This document shows positions 9,700-18,436 of a stretch of 64,000 bases of DNA, one piece after another (within the stretch, counting starts at the first letter, position 1; each line of letters opens with the position of its first letter). The position numbers and the translations under genes were made by a program. Below the pieces are notes generated by a model that saw nothing but the letters and a program-made list of their open reading frames with translations, did no database searches and was not told the DNA's origin. The stretch covers positions 1,553-65,552 of the forward strand of contig JAJDVM010000264.1 of NCBI GenBank assembly GCA_022826125.1, given 5' to 3'. This stretch comes from Defluviicoccus sp. GTDB lineage: Bacteria > Pseudomonadota > Alphaproteobacteria > MPNO01.

Positions 9700-10896
9700 T
9701 TACTCTGCAGCTCCAGCGATTGTTTGTTGCCGACTCATCAGATCGTGTTTGATGACGCGCGAGTGAAGATTTGACCAGTGATTGCGACTCTTTCCGACAG
9801 ACTGCGGATTACGGCCTAATTCATTGCTGGTTTGAACCGTTGCGCGCATCAATTCGCCCCCGAGCTCATTCCAAGCAGTTAAAACGGTCGCGAAACCACC
9901 ACGCCATTTCATTTTACCGGACATAGAGTCGTCTTCTACGTACCAACGAAATGCGGCCATCATTGGGTAAAGCGCACCCGGGGCGAGACGAAATTCATCT
10001 TCTTCGTCCGTAAAGAGGAACCGATACTTCCCACGCTTGCGCTGGTCTACGAAAGCTAGTGAGCCGCCCTTGGTATTCGGTAACTTATTGTAAAGCTGTC
10101 GACCTTGCTTCCCCACAATATCGTGAAAACGCAAAATGTCCTTCAGAATTGGAGCCATCCGTCTAAAGCTTCCTTCTTTCTCCTCAAAAATCTTGAGCGC
10201 CGCCGATTTTTTTTCGTATGCCGCAATCGGGTGTTCTTCACGGTCGTTTGGAAATTCAGCGACATTGAAGCATAGCAACATACTGATGATATCACGAGCA
10301 TCGTATTCCCCTTTGTCATTCTCTGACCAAGCAATTTTTTCGAAATACGATTCCTCCTGGAGTAGGTCCTTCACCCACTCGAAGCGCCTAGCGAGGTTGT
10401 CCAAGCTCATATCTTGAACCTGAACGGAGGTATTGAGACCACCCGCTATTTCGGGAATCCAACTTTCCGGAATTCCTACCCTTATCTCAACATTTACGTA
10501 TTGTTTGTCGGTCAACTCTTCATTATTCTGATTCTTTACGATCAGTTCGTATGTGTGCCCTCCATCGACAATTCCATGAATTCCGGACTCCATCGTAACC
10601 TCGTACTTACGGCTGCCTAACTGCTTGACCGACGCGGCAACAATTGTGATCCCTTTGTTCTTGAGGTGAAAGGTTCCTATTTCACTTCCATCTTGCTGTA
10701 GAAGACTTTTTTCTACATCGCGGTAAACGCGCTTCGAGATATTGGGTCGGCGTGCATTTGGATCGAGGCCTATCCCTGTCGGAATCGACTTCACCGGCAT
10801 CACAAACAGATGCCGTTCAGCATTATACTGAGATTTGAAGTTGGGGTCCGGTATGCGCCGCGCGTATTCCGGAGCGAACGTGAACGTGCTTGACAT
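9700..10896 (-). CDS. AIPR-like (abortive infection phage resistance family) protein; family assignment tentative
   Basis: A 398-aa ORF with A/T-rich codons. A strong SD (GAAAGGAGAATATC) precedes ATG 10896. Motifs FHLKNKGITIVA, GIVDGGHTYELI and GGLNTSVQVQD resemble the remembered AIPR core (NNGITI / IVNGxQT). The CDS itself is near certain; the family call is not verified. Confidence 0.7.
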   Translation of the reverse strand: MSSTFTFAPEYARRIPDPNFKSQYNAERHLFVMPVKSIPTGIGLDPNARRPNISKRVYRDVEKSLLQQDGSEIGTFHLKNKGITIVAASVKQLGSRKYEVTMESGIHGIVDGGHTYELIVKNQNNEELTDKQYVNVEIRVGIPESWIPEIAGGLNTSVQVQDMSLDNLARRFEWVKDLLQEESYFEKIAWSENDKGEYDARDIISMLLCFNVAEFPNDREEHPIAAYEKKSAALKIFEEKEGSFRRMAPILKDILRFHDIVGKQGRQLYNKLPNTKGGSLAFVDQRKRGKYRFLFTDEEDEFRLAPGALYPMMAAFRWYVEDDSMSGKMKWRGGFATVLTAWNELGGELMRATVQTSNELGRNPQSVGKSRNHWSNLHSRVIKHDLMSRQQTIAGAAE

Positions 10897-10971
10897 GATA
10901 TTCTCCTTTCAATGCTGCCATCCAGCAGCTCGGTTCATGAATATCTGTCCTCGAATCCACGAGGCAGACAT

Positions 10972-10989
10972 GTTGCTTTATAAAGCAAC
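10972..10989. promoter_or_regulatory. perfect 18-bp palindrome GTTGCTTTATAAAGCAAC centred on the -10 element (candidate operator)
   Basis: An exact inverted repeat read directly from the sequence. Additional GTTGCT half-sites occur at 11023-11028 and 11076-11081. Confidence 0.45.
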
Positions 10990-11005
10990 GAGCGACAGAT
11001 GTCAA
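10977..11005 (-). promoter_or_regulatory. near-consensus sigma70 promoter of the AIPR-like gene
   Basis: The minus strand reads TTGACA (11005-11000), a 17-nt spacer, then TATAAA (10982-10977), about 80 nt upstream of ATG 10896. Confidence 0.6.
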
Positions 11006-11166
11006 GTAAAAAAAGAGGATGCGTTGCTAATACCAAACATTATTTGCACTCGTTTCTGGAGTCATCTGAGTAGGAGTTGCTCTGCGAGCCAAGGAAATTG
11101 ATGTGCTAACGATCAGCAGGGCGCGGGTGAGCGACGGAAGAAGTTCTGCACGTCGCGGCATCCCGG

Positions 11167-11604
11167 TCAGTCGGGCAGGGATTCCAAGGGATTTATGGCC
11201 TCGACACCCAGCGGTCCAAAATGACGCAGGTTGCGGGTGAGGACTGTGAAGTTCCGGCTTCCCGCCGTCGCCGCGATGGCAAGATCGGCGAAGCCGGGCG
11301 ATTGGCCCGTCGCGCGCGCCTTGTCCATGAGCGGTCCGGCGAGGTTGGCGGCTTCCATGTCGAACGGGATGACCCGGTCGCCGTAGAGATGGAGCACGAG
11401 GTCGAGCCAGTCGCCGAGGCGAGTTGCCCTGGCGGCGGCGCCGGTGCGTTCCAGCCTGGCGATGCCGTGCCGGATCTCGGCCACGGTGATCGTGGAGAGG
11501 AACAGCACGTCCGAGCGCGCGTCCATCCACTCGACCAGCGCGGCCGGGCGTTCCCGGCGGCCGGGCGCTCCGGTCGAGAGAATGTCGGTGTCGACCAGGT
11601 ACAC
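11167..11604 (-). CDS. vapC: type II toxin VapC (PIN domain ribonuclease)
   Basis: 145 aa. The N-terminal acidic PIN motif is (V/M)YLVDTDIL. The sequence continues ...TITVAEIRHGI...FADLAIAATA...TVLTRNLRHF. It follows a small antitoxin gene. GTG start at 11604. Confidence 0.85.
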   Translation of the reverse strand: MYLVDTDILSTGAPGRRERPAALVEWMDARSDVLFLSTITVAEIRHGIARLERTGAAARATRLGDWLDLVLHLYGDRVIPFDMEAANLAGPLMDKARATGQSPGFADLAIAATAGSRNFTVLTRNLRHFGPLGVEAINPLESLPD

Positions 11605-11650
11605 GACGGGCAGAAACAGCGGATACGATTCCGCCTGAAACGGAGGCGTT

Positions 11651-11893
11651 CTATAGCCCCGCCTCGCGCGGCGGGGCGGTGTCGCGCGGGGGCAGGTCGC
11701 CGTCCTCCAGCTCCGAGGCGAGCAGCAGGCGGCCGAAGGACGGGACGTTGCTGAGGCGGTTCCATTCGTCGATTCCGACGATCACGGCCCGCGGCTTGCC
11801 GTGGCGGGTGACGATCGTCGCCTCTCCCTCGGCGGCTCCGTCGACTAGGGCGGACAGTCTGGCCTTGGCCTCGCGCAGCTGGACCTGTCGCAT
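11651..11893 (-). CDS. type II antitoxin (Phd/YefM-type) paired with VapC
   Basis: 80 aa from ATG 11893: MRQVQLREAKARLSALVDGAAEGEATIVTRHGKPRAVIVGIDEWNRL... This is the real tail of the artefactual 427-aa track ORF 11651..12934. Confidence 0.75.
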   Translation of the reverse strand: MRQVQLREAKARLSALVDGAAEGEATIVTRHGKPRAVIVGIDEWNRLSNVPSFGRLLLASELEDGDLPPRDTAPPREAGL

Positions 11894-12004
11894 CGGCAAT
11901 CCCCGTTTGTAACCAATGTAGTCACAATATAGGGCCATGCTCCGGCCGCGCAACCGGCGTCTGTCGCCGGTACAATGCGGCCCGGGAAAGGCGGAGAAAA
12001 GACC

Positions 12005-12946
12005 ATGAAAGTCGCGGCGGCGCACGATTTCCATGACGAGGTGGCGGCGAAAGCCGAGACGATCTGCCCCGGCATCGAATGGGCGCTGACCGACCGGGCC
12101 GGGAACTGGACCGCTTCGCCCGAGGGCGCGGACATCGCGATCTACGCGGGCGATGCCTATACCGAGGCCTTCGTCGACACCGCGATCGCCATGGCGCCGC
12201 CGCCGAAATGGGCGCATACCGAGGACGCCGGGATCGACGGGCTGTTCTACGACGACATGCGGGCCAAGGGGGTGGCGGTCACCCACAGCCCCGGCGCCAA
12301 CGCGCCCGAGGTGGCCGAGTTCGCCTTCGCGGGCGTGATGTGGGGCGCGAAGCGGCTGGCCGAGTTCCGCGACCAGCAGCGTGCGCACGAATGGAACCAG
12401 CTCAAGCAGGCGGCGCTCGGCGCATCCACCATCCTGGTCGTCGGGCTCGGCGCCATCGGCGGCCGCGTCGCGGCTTACGCGCGCGCCTTCGGGATGACGG
12501 TGCACGGTATCCGCCGCTCCGCCGAGCCGGTCGCCGGGCTCGACCGGCAGGGGACGCTCGACGATCTCGCCGACTTCCTTCCGCAAGCCGATTTCGTGGT
12601 CCTCGCCGTTCCCAACACCGGCGAGACCGCCGGCATGATCGGGGCCGAGGCGCTCGCCCGCATGAAGCCCAGCGCCACGCTGGTCAATGTCGGGCGCGGC
12701 GCGCTGGTCGACATCGAGGCGCTCAGGGACGCGCTCGGCTCCGGCGGCATCGCCCAGGCCTTCGTCGACGTGCTGCCCACCGAGCCCTGGCCCGCCGACA
12801 GCGACCTCTGGGACATCCCCAACCTGTTCATCTCCCCCCACGCCGCCTGCATGACGCCGCTCTACACCGTTCGCGTCGGCGAGATCTGGCTGGAGAACCT
12901 CAAACGCTTCCTCGCCGGCGAGGCGCTGATCCACCGGGCGTTTTGA
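12005..12946 (+). CDS. D-2-hydroxyacid dehydrogenase family NAD-binding protein
   Basis: NAD motif ILVVGLGAIGGRVAAYARAFGMTVHGI. The catalytic region reads LVNVGRGALVD...FISPHAA. ATG at 12005 (MKVAAAHDF). Confidence 0.85.
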   Translation: MKVAAAHDFHDEVAAKAETICPGIEWALTDRAGNWTASPEGADIAIYAGDAYTEAFVDTAIAMAPPPKWAHTEDAGIDGLFYDDMRAKGVAVTHSPGANAPEVAEFAFAGVMWGAKRLAEFRDQQRAHEWNQLKQAALGASTILVVGLGAIGGRVAAYARAFGMTVHGIRRSAEPVAGLDRQGTLDDLADFLPQADFVVLAVPNTGETAGMIGAEALARMKPSATLVNVGRGALVDIEALRDALGSGGIAQAFVDVLPTEPWPADSDLWDIPNLFISPHAACMTPLYTVRVGEIWLENLKRFLAGEALIHRAF

Positions 12947-13029
12947 GGGGCGGGCTCGTCAAGGCGCTGTCCTTTAAACCTTGTCTGACAGTACGTATCA
13001 TTCACAAAAGACAGCTTGGGAGGATTCTC

Positions 13030-13305
13030 ATGCAACGAGTCACGTCGCGTGAGTTCCAGCGGAATTTCGGACGCTTCCAGGACGAAGCCTTGAAGTCACC
13101 CCTCTCGATTACCCGTAACGGAAGGGACCGGCTCGTGGTCCTTTCCGTCGAGGAATACGAGCGTCTGAAGCGCCGGGATCGCCAAGCCCTCGCCGTCGAG
13201 GAACTGACCGACGCCGAGATCGACGCGATACGCCGGGCCGAACCCCCGCCCGAAGCCGAGCTCTACGACCACGAATTCTCCCCCGGGCATGGCGCGGATA
13301 CCTGA
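13030..13305 (+). CDS. type II antitoxin, Phd/YefM family
   Basis: 91 aa: MQRVTSREFQRNFGRFQDEALKSPLSITRNGRDRLVVLSVEEYERL. GGGAGGA lies upstream of ATG 13030. This is the tail of track ORF 12079..13305. Confidence 0.8.
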   Translation: MQRVTSREFQRNFGRFQDEALKSPLSITRNGRDRLVVLSVEEYERLKRRDRQALAVEELTDAEIDAIRRAEPPPEAELYDHEFSPGHGADT

Positions 13306-13723
13306 CCCGGAACCGGGCCTCGTCATCAACTACGGTTATCTCTGGCTCCGCGAGGCAGCGCGGGGTCGGGACGAGGGAACCAAGGACCGGCCCGCCGTCA
13401 TCGTCGTGGCGGTGGAGGGGGTCGACGACGAGACCAAGACAGTCTGGGCCGCGCCAATCACGCGCAGTTTTCCCAACAGCCGTGAGACGGCGATCGAGAT
13501 CCCCGTGGCGACCAAGCGCCGCCTCGGGCTCGATCCGGACCGGTCGTGGATCGTCCTTTCGGAAATAAACCGATTCGAGTGGCCCGGTCCGGATATTCGA
13601 CCCGTCGCGCCGGGGAAGTGGGCCTACGGGCTGCTCCCTGCGAATCTGTTCCGTGCCGTCCGGGATCGACTCGCAACGCTGGCCGGCGAGCGCAGAACCA
13701 GACTGGTCGACCGAAATCCCTGA
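13289..13723 (+). CDS. PemK/MazF-like toxin (tentative)
   Basis: 144 aa, overlapping the antitoxin gene by 17 bp. The pattern PGLVINYGYLW...EGTKDRPAVIVVAV...VWAAPITRS...DRSWIVLSEINRF fits the MazF/PemK SH3-like fold signature as I remember it. Confidence 0.55.
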   Translation: MARIPDPEPGLVINYGYLWLREAARGRDEGTKDRPAVIVVAVEGVDDETKTVWAAPITRSFPNSRETAIEIPVATKRRLGLDPDRSWIVLSEINRFEWPGPDIRPVAPGKWAYGLLPANLFRAVRDRLATLAGERRTRLVDRNP

Positions 13724-13813
13724 ACTCGCTCTTACGAACCCTAATCGCCCCGTAGCCAACCCGCCTTGCGCGCCCTAAATTCCTCCATACGCCCCACCCG
13801 CCGCGAGCGCCGC

Positions 13814-14404
13814 ATGTCCGATCGCAAAGTCACGATCATTCTCGCCACCGTGTTCATGGCGATCGCCGTGGCGGCGATCGTCGCGGTCTATGTGTGGCGC
13901 GACGAGGGCGGCGGGATCGCGAAGATCGGCGGGCCGTTCACGCTCGTCGACCACACCGGGCAGGAGCGCACCGAGGCCGATCTCAAGGGGCGGCACGCGC
14001 TGATCTATTTCGGCTACAGCTTCTGCCCCGACGTGTGCCCGACGGCGCTCGCCGACATGCTGATCGCGCTCGACGAGCTCGGCCCCGCCGCCGCCCGGGT
14101 GCAGCCGGTGTTCATCACCATCGACCCCGACCGCGACACGCCGGCGGTGCTGAAGGACTACATCCCCAACTTCCACCCGAGGCTGATCGGGCTTTCGGGC
14201 AGCGCCGCCCAGGTTAGCAAGGCGGCGCGCGCCTACCGGGTCTACTACGCCAAGGTCGACGACCCCGAGGCGGGCGAAAACTACCTGATGGACCACTCCT
14301 CGGTGATCTACCTGATGGACCCCGACGGGCGCTATCTCACCCATTTCAGCCACGGCAGCGGGCCGGACACGATGGCGAAGCGCCTGCGCGAGCTGGTGTC
14401 CTGA
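13814..14404 (+). CDS. SCO1/SenC family copper chaperone / thiol-disulfide protein
   Basis: An N-terminal TM helix is followed by the motif [11 protein letters not shown] and then [18 protein letters not shown] at 13814. Confidence 0.9.
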   Translation: MSDRKVTIILATVFMAIAVAAIVAVYVWRDEGGGIAKIGGPFTLVDHTGQERTEADLKGRHALIYFGYSFCPDVCPTALADMLIALDELGPAAARVQPVFITIDPDRDTPAVLKDYIPNFHPRLIGLSGSAAQVSKAARAYRVYYAKVDDPEAGENYLMDHSSVIYLMDPDGRYLTHFSHGSGPDTMAKRLRELVS

Positions 14405-14412
14405 GGCCCGCG

Positions 14413-14847
14413 ATGGCCGAGCCCTACTGGCGGACCAAGACGCTCGAGGAGATGACGCGCGCCGAATGGGAAGCGCTCTGCGACGGCTGCGCGCGCTGCT
14501 GCCTCCTGAAGCTGGAGGACGAGGACACCGGCGAGATCGCCTATACCGACATCGCCTGCCGCCTGCTCGATACGGGGACCTGCCGCTGCACGCGCTACCG
14601 CCAGCGGCTGCGGCTGGTGCCGGAATGCGTCGACCTCACGCCGGAACAGGTGCGGAGGCTCGGCTGGCTGCCGTCCACCTGCGCCTACCGGCTCCTCGCC
14701 GAGGGCCGGGACCTCGCCTGGTGGCACCCGCTGGTCTCGGGCGATCCGGAGACGGTCCACAAGGCGGGCATCTCGGTGCGCGGTCGCGTGGTGCCGGAAC
14801 GGCGCGGCGACGATCCCGAGGAGCGCATCGTCACCTGGCCGGAATGA
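14413..14847 (+). CDS. YcgN-family cysteine cluster protein (UPF0260)
   Basis: 144 aa with the characteristic CDGCARCC...CRLLD..TCRCTRY pattern. Confidence 0.85.
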   Translation: MAEPYWRTKTLEEMTRAEWEALCDGCARCCLLKLEDEDTGEIAYTDIACRLLDTGTCRCTRYRQRLRLVPECVDLTPEQVRRLGWLPSTCAYRLLAEGRDLAWWHPLVSGDPETVHKAGISVRGRVVPERRGDDPEERIVTWPE

Positions 14848-17800
14848 GCTCTTCCGCCGGTCGCGGCGCCTCCTCGCGCGCCGGCGGCACCGGCCAGGAC
14901 CGGCGCAGCCTCTCCTCCTCGCGGCGCGCTTCCTCGGCGCTCCGCGCCTTGACCGGCCCGTAGCCCCGGATCTTCTCCGGCAGGCCCGCCAGTGCCACCG
15001 CGGTTTCGTAGTTCGCCTCGGTCAGCCCGCCGGCGAGCTCCTCGACGAGGGCGGCGTACCAGTCGATCAGGTCCCGTTCGAGGCGCCGGTCGGGGCTGCG
15101 CGCGAACGGATCCAGCGGCCCGCCGCGCAAGCGCTTCATCCGCGCCAGCACGCGGAACGCCGCCATCGTCCACGGTCCGAAGCTGCGCTTCCTCGGCTCG
15201 CCCGTGGTCGGGTCGGGTCGGCGGAGCAGCGGGACCGCTAGGTGGAAGGAGAGCCGGAAATCGCCCTCGAACTGCGCCTTCAGCTTCGCCGCGAAGGCGG
15301 GGTCGGTGTAGTGCCGGGCGACCTCGTACTCGTCCTTGTAGGCCATCAGCTTCGCCGCTCCGCGCGCGACCGCGCCGGCGAAATCGAGCGGGGAATCGCC
15401 GAGCGCCCGGTCCGCCGCCCCGGCGCGCGCGACGAGGGCACGGTAGCGTTCCGCGTAAGCCGCGTCCTGCCAGGCGGTGAGCAGCGCCGTCCGGTCCTCC
15501 ACGATCTCCTCGAAGGTCTCGGCGACGGATTCCGGTTCCTGCGCCGCGCCCGCCCGGTCGAGGACGGCGCGCACCTCGTCCGGCCGGGCGGCCTGGGCCC
15601 GGCCCCAGCCGAGGGCCTGCTTGTTGGCCTCGACCGCGACCCCGTTGAGCTCGATCGCGCGTTCGAGCGCGCCGATCGAGACCGGGAGCAGGCCGCGCTG
15701 GGCGGCGTAGCCCACCATGAACATGTTGGTCGCGATGGCATCGCCCAGCAGCGCCGTCGCGGTCCGGGTCGCATCCACCAGCTCGGTCAAATTGTGCCCC
15801 GCCGCTTCGCGGATCGCGTCGAACAGCCCGGCGCGGTCGAACACCGTGTCGCCGTCGAGGGTGAAGGCCGCGGTCGGCGCGACGTCCCGGTTGACCACCG
15901 CGCGGGTCCGCCCGCGCCCGAGCTTGGCGAGCGAGTCGAAGCTTCCCGCGGTCACCGCGTCGCAGGCCAGCAGCAGCCGCGCCTTCCCCGCCGCGATGCG
16001 CACCGCGTGCAGGTCTTCCGGGGCGGCGGCGATCCGGACATGGCTCACCACCGCCCCGTTCTTCTGCGCGAGCCCCGACTGGTCGAGCACGGTGACGCCC
16101 TTGTTCTCCAGATGCGCCGCCATGCCGAGGATCGCGCCGATGGTCACCACCCCGGTGCCGCCGATCCCGGTCACCAGCACGTCCCACGGCTCGTCGAGGT
16201 CGGGCCGGTCCGGTTCCGGCAGCCCGGTGAGCAGTCCGGGGAGCGCGTCGCCGCCGGCTTTCGCGCGGCGGATTTGCGCACCGGTCAGCGTCACGAAGCT
16301 CGGGCAGAAGCCGTTGACGCAGGACAGATCCTTGTTGCAGGAGGACTGGTTGATCCGGCGCTTGCGGCCGTATTTCGTCTCCAGCGGCTCGATCGAGACG
16401 CAGTTCGACTTGACCGAGCAGTCGCCGCAGCCTTCGCACACCGCGTCGTTGATGAAGATCCGCACGTCCGGGTCGGGCGCCGTGCCGCGCTTGCGCCGCC
16501 GCCGCAGCTCGGCCGCGCAGGTCTGGTCGTAGATCAGGACGCTGACCCCTTCGGTCTCGCGCAGCGAACGCTGGAGGGTATCGAGCTCGTCGCGGTGGTG
16601 GATCCTCAGTTTGCCGGGGAAGGCGGGGCGGCCGGTGTACTTGCCGGGGTGGTCGGCGACGACGACGACCCTCGCGACGCCCTCGGCCAGCACCTGGGCG
16701 GCGATCTGCTGCGGGGTGACGGTCTGGGGCTGGCCGCCGGTCATGGCGACGGCGTCGTTGTAGAGCACCTTGTAGGTGACGTTGACGCCGGCCAGCACCG
16801 CGGCGCGGATCGCGAGGATGCCGGAATGGTGATAGGTGCCGTCGCCCAGATTGACGAAGACGTGGTTCTGCTCGGTGAACGGCGCCTGGCCGATCCAGTT
16901 CGCCCCCTCGCCTCCCATGTGAGAGTAGGTGGCGGCCTGGCGGTTCATCAGCAGCGCCATCCAGTGGCAGCCGATCCCCGCCTCGGCGCGGCTCCCGTCC
17001 GGCACCTTCGTCGACGTGTTGTGCGGACAGCCGGAGCAGAAATAGGGCGTGCGCTGGAGCTGCGGCACATAGCCGGACAGCGCGCGTTCCTTGGCCTCGA
17101 TCTCGTCCAGCCGGTCGGCGATCCGGGCGCTCGCATGGTAGCGCCCGATGCGCCCGGCGATGACCCGGGCGATCGTGGCGGGGGTGAGCTCGCCGGCGGC
17201 CGGCAGCAGCCAGTTCCGGTCCTCGTCGAACTTGCCGACGATCCTGGGACGCGCGCTTTCCTTCCAGTTGTAGAGCTCGGCGCGGAGCTGGTTCTCCATC
17301 ACCGCGCGCTTCTCCTCGACGACCAGGATCTCCTCCAGCCCGTCGGCGAAGGCGCGCGTCCCCCGGCGCTCCAGCGGCCAGACCATCCCCGCCTTGTAGA
17401 TCCGGATCCCGAGTTCGGCCGCGCCGTCCTCGTCGATACCGAGATCGTCGAGCGCCTGGCGCACGTCGAGATAGGATTTCCCCGCGGTCAGGATGCCGAA
17501 GCGCGGCCTGGGGCTGTCCCATACCGTGCGGTCGATCCGGTTCTCGCGCGCGAAGCGGAGCGCGGCGTAGATCTTGTCCTCCTGCAGCCGCGCCTCGATC
17601 TGGAGCCGGTCCTCGCCGAGCCGGATCGCTGCGTCGGTCGGAACCTCGTCCTCCGGGACGACGATTTCGAGGCGGTGCGGGTCGACGGTCACGCTGGCCG
17701 AGCTCTCCACCGTCTCGGTCAGGCACTTGAGCCCGATCCAGGTGCCGCAATAGCGCGACATCGCCCAGCCGAGCAGCCCGAAATCGAGATATTCCTGCAC

Positions 17801-18325
17801 CGAGGCCGGGTGCAGGACCGGCATCATCAGGGCCGCGAAATTGTGCTCCGACTGGGTCGGCAGGGTGGACGAGACCGCGCCGTGGTCGTCGCCCACCAGC
17901 GCGAGGACCCCGCCGTGCAGCGAGGTGCCGGCGGCGCTCGCGTGGCGCATCGCGTCCATCGACCGGTCGAGCCCCGGCCCCTTGCCGTACCAGATCGCGA
18001 ATACGCCGTCATAGCGCCCGCCCTGGAACAGGTTGACCTGCTGCGAGCCCCAGACCGAGGTCGCCGCCAGGTCCTCGTTGAGGCCGGGCTCGAAATGGAT
18101 GCGGTTCTCCTCGAGGAAGGAGCTGGCGCGCCAGAGCGCGGTGTCGTAGCCGGCGAGCGGCGAGCCCCGGTAGCCCGAGATGAACCCGGCCGTGTTCAGC
18201 CCCGCCGCGGCGTCGCGCTTCCGCTGCATCAGCGGGAGCCGCACCAGCGCCTGGGTTCCGGTCAGGTACACCCGGCCGGATTCGAGCGTGTACTTGTCGT
18301 CGAGCGTGACCTGCGCCAGTTCCAT
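14831..18325 (-). CDS. indolepyruvate ferredoxin oxidoreductase family protein (fused alpha/beta)
   Basis: 1164 aa. The N-terminus [34 protein letters not shown] is typical. Ferredoxin-type cysteine clusters are present (CSGCPHN, CEGCGDC). Confidence 0.9.
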   Translation of the reverse strand: MELAQVTLDDKYTLESGRVYLTGTQALVRLPLMQRKRDAAAGLNTAGFISGYRGSPLAGYDTALWRASSFLEENRIHFEPGLNEDLAATSVWGSQQVNLFQGGRYDGVFAIWYGKGPGLDRSMDAMRHASAAGTSLHGGVLALVGDDHGAVSSTLPTQSEHNFAALMMPVLHPASVQEYLDFGLLGWAMSRYCGTWIGLKCLTETVESSASVTVDPHRLEIVVPEDEVPTDAAIRLGEDRLQIEARLQEDKIYAALRFARENRIDRTVWDSPRPRFGILTAGKSYLDVRQALDDLGIDEDGAAELGIRIYKAGMVWPLERRGTRAFADGLEEILVVEEKRAVMENQLRAELYNWKESARPRIVGKFDEDRNWLLPAAGELTPATIARVIAGRIGRYHASARIADRLDEIEAKERALSGYVPQLQRTPYFCSGCPHNTSTKVPDGSRAEAGIGCHWMALLMNRQAATYSHMGGEGANWIGQAPFTEQNHVFVNLGDGTYHHSGILAIRAAVLAGVNVTYKVLYNDAVAMTGGQPQTVTPQQIAAQVLAEGVARVVVVADHPGKYTGRPAFPGKLRIHHRDELDTLQRSLRETEGVSVLIYDQTCAAELRRRRKRGTAPDPDVRIFINDAVCEGCGDCSVKSNCVSIEPLETKYGRKRRINQSSCNKDLSCVNGFCPSFVTLTGAQIRRAKAGGDALPGLLTGLPEPDRPDLDEPWDVLVTGIGGTGVVTIGAILGMAAHLENKGVTVLDQSGLAQKNGAVVSHVRIAAAPEDLHAVRIAAGKARLLLACDAVTAGSFDSLAKLGRGRTRAVVNRDVAPTAAFTLDGDTVFDRAGLFDAIREAAGHNLTELVDATRTATALLGDAIATNMFMVGYAAQRGLLPVSIGALERAIELNGVAVEANKQALGWGRAQAARPDEVRAVLDRAGAAQEPESVAETFEEIVEDRTALLTAWQDAAYAERYRALVARAGAADRALGDSPLDFAGAVARGAAKLMAYKDEYEVARHYTDPAFAAKLKAQFEGDFRLSFHLAVPLLRRPDPTTGEPRKRSFGPWTMAAFRVLARMKRLRGGPLDPFARSPDRRLERDLIDWYAALVEELAGGLTEANYETAVALAGLPEKIRGYGPVKARSAEEARREEERLRRSWPVPPAREEAPRPAEELIPAR

Positions 18326-18436
18326 GAAGCCCTTCCCGGACGGCGATTTTGCCCGGCCCTTCGATCTTGCCGATAAAATGGGGATTCCGCGCGGCTATGG
18401 GAAGCGCCGCCGGCCCCGTGCCCACAAACCGGGCGC

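Larger units (their letters stand above)
9686..11119. other. low-GC insertion (genomic islet) bounded by the 8-bp direct repeat ATCAGCAG
   Basis: Hand counts of two 60-nt lines inside the tract gave 25/60 and 29/60 G+C, against 46/60 for a line in the flanking gene. Identical ATCAGCAG copies sit at 9686-9693 and 11112-11119, at the composition boundaries. The tract lies between the convergent stops at 9659 and 11167. No mobility gene is present. Confidence 0.6.

Noticed and set aside
10823-11101. Small ORFs 10835..11101 (+, 88 aa) and 10823..11005 (-, 60 aa) inside the low-GC leader, considered as a possible second islet gene or regulator
   Set aside because: They overlap the promoter and 5' UTR and the start of the AIPR-like gene. 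They have no RBS and no recognisable motifs. AT-rich DNA produces such ORFs by chance less often, but these remain unsupported.
11651-12934. A 427-aa minus-strand ORF covering the antitoxin and running antisense to the 2-hydroxyacid dehydrogenase
   Set aside because: Only the last 80 codons (from ATG 11893) form a Phd/YefM-like protein. The upstream part is antisense to a well-supported plus-strand gene.
14685-18376. Very long track ORFs 14685..17750 (-, 1021 aa) and 15242..18376 (+, 1044 aa) that overlap the IOR gene
   Set aside because: Their translations are dominated by Arg, Ala, Gly and Pro and carry no recognisable motifs. They lie in alternative or antisense frames of a gene whose own frame gives a clean, motif-rich 1164-aa protein. 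These are typical shadow ORFs of ~70% G+C DNA.
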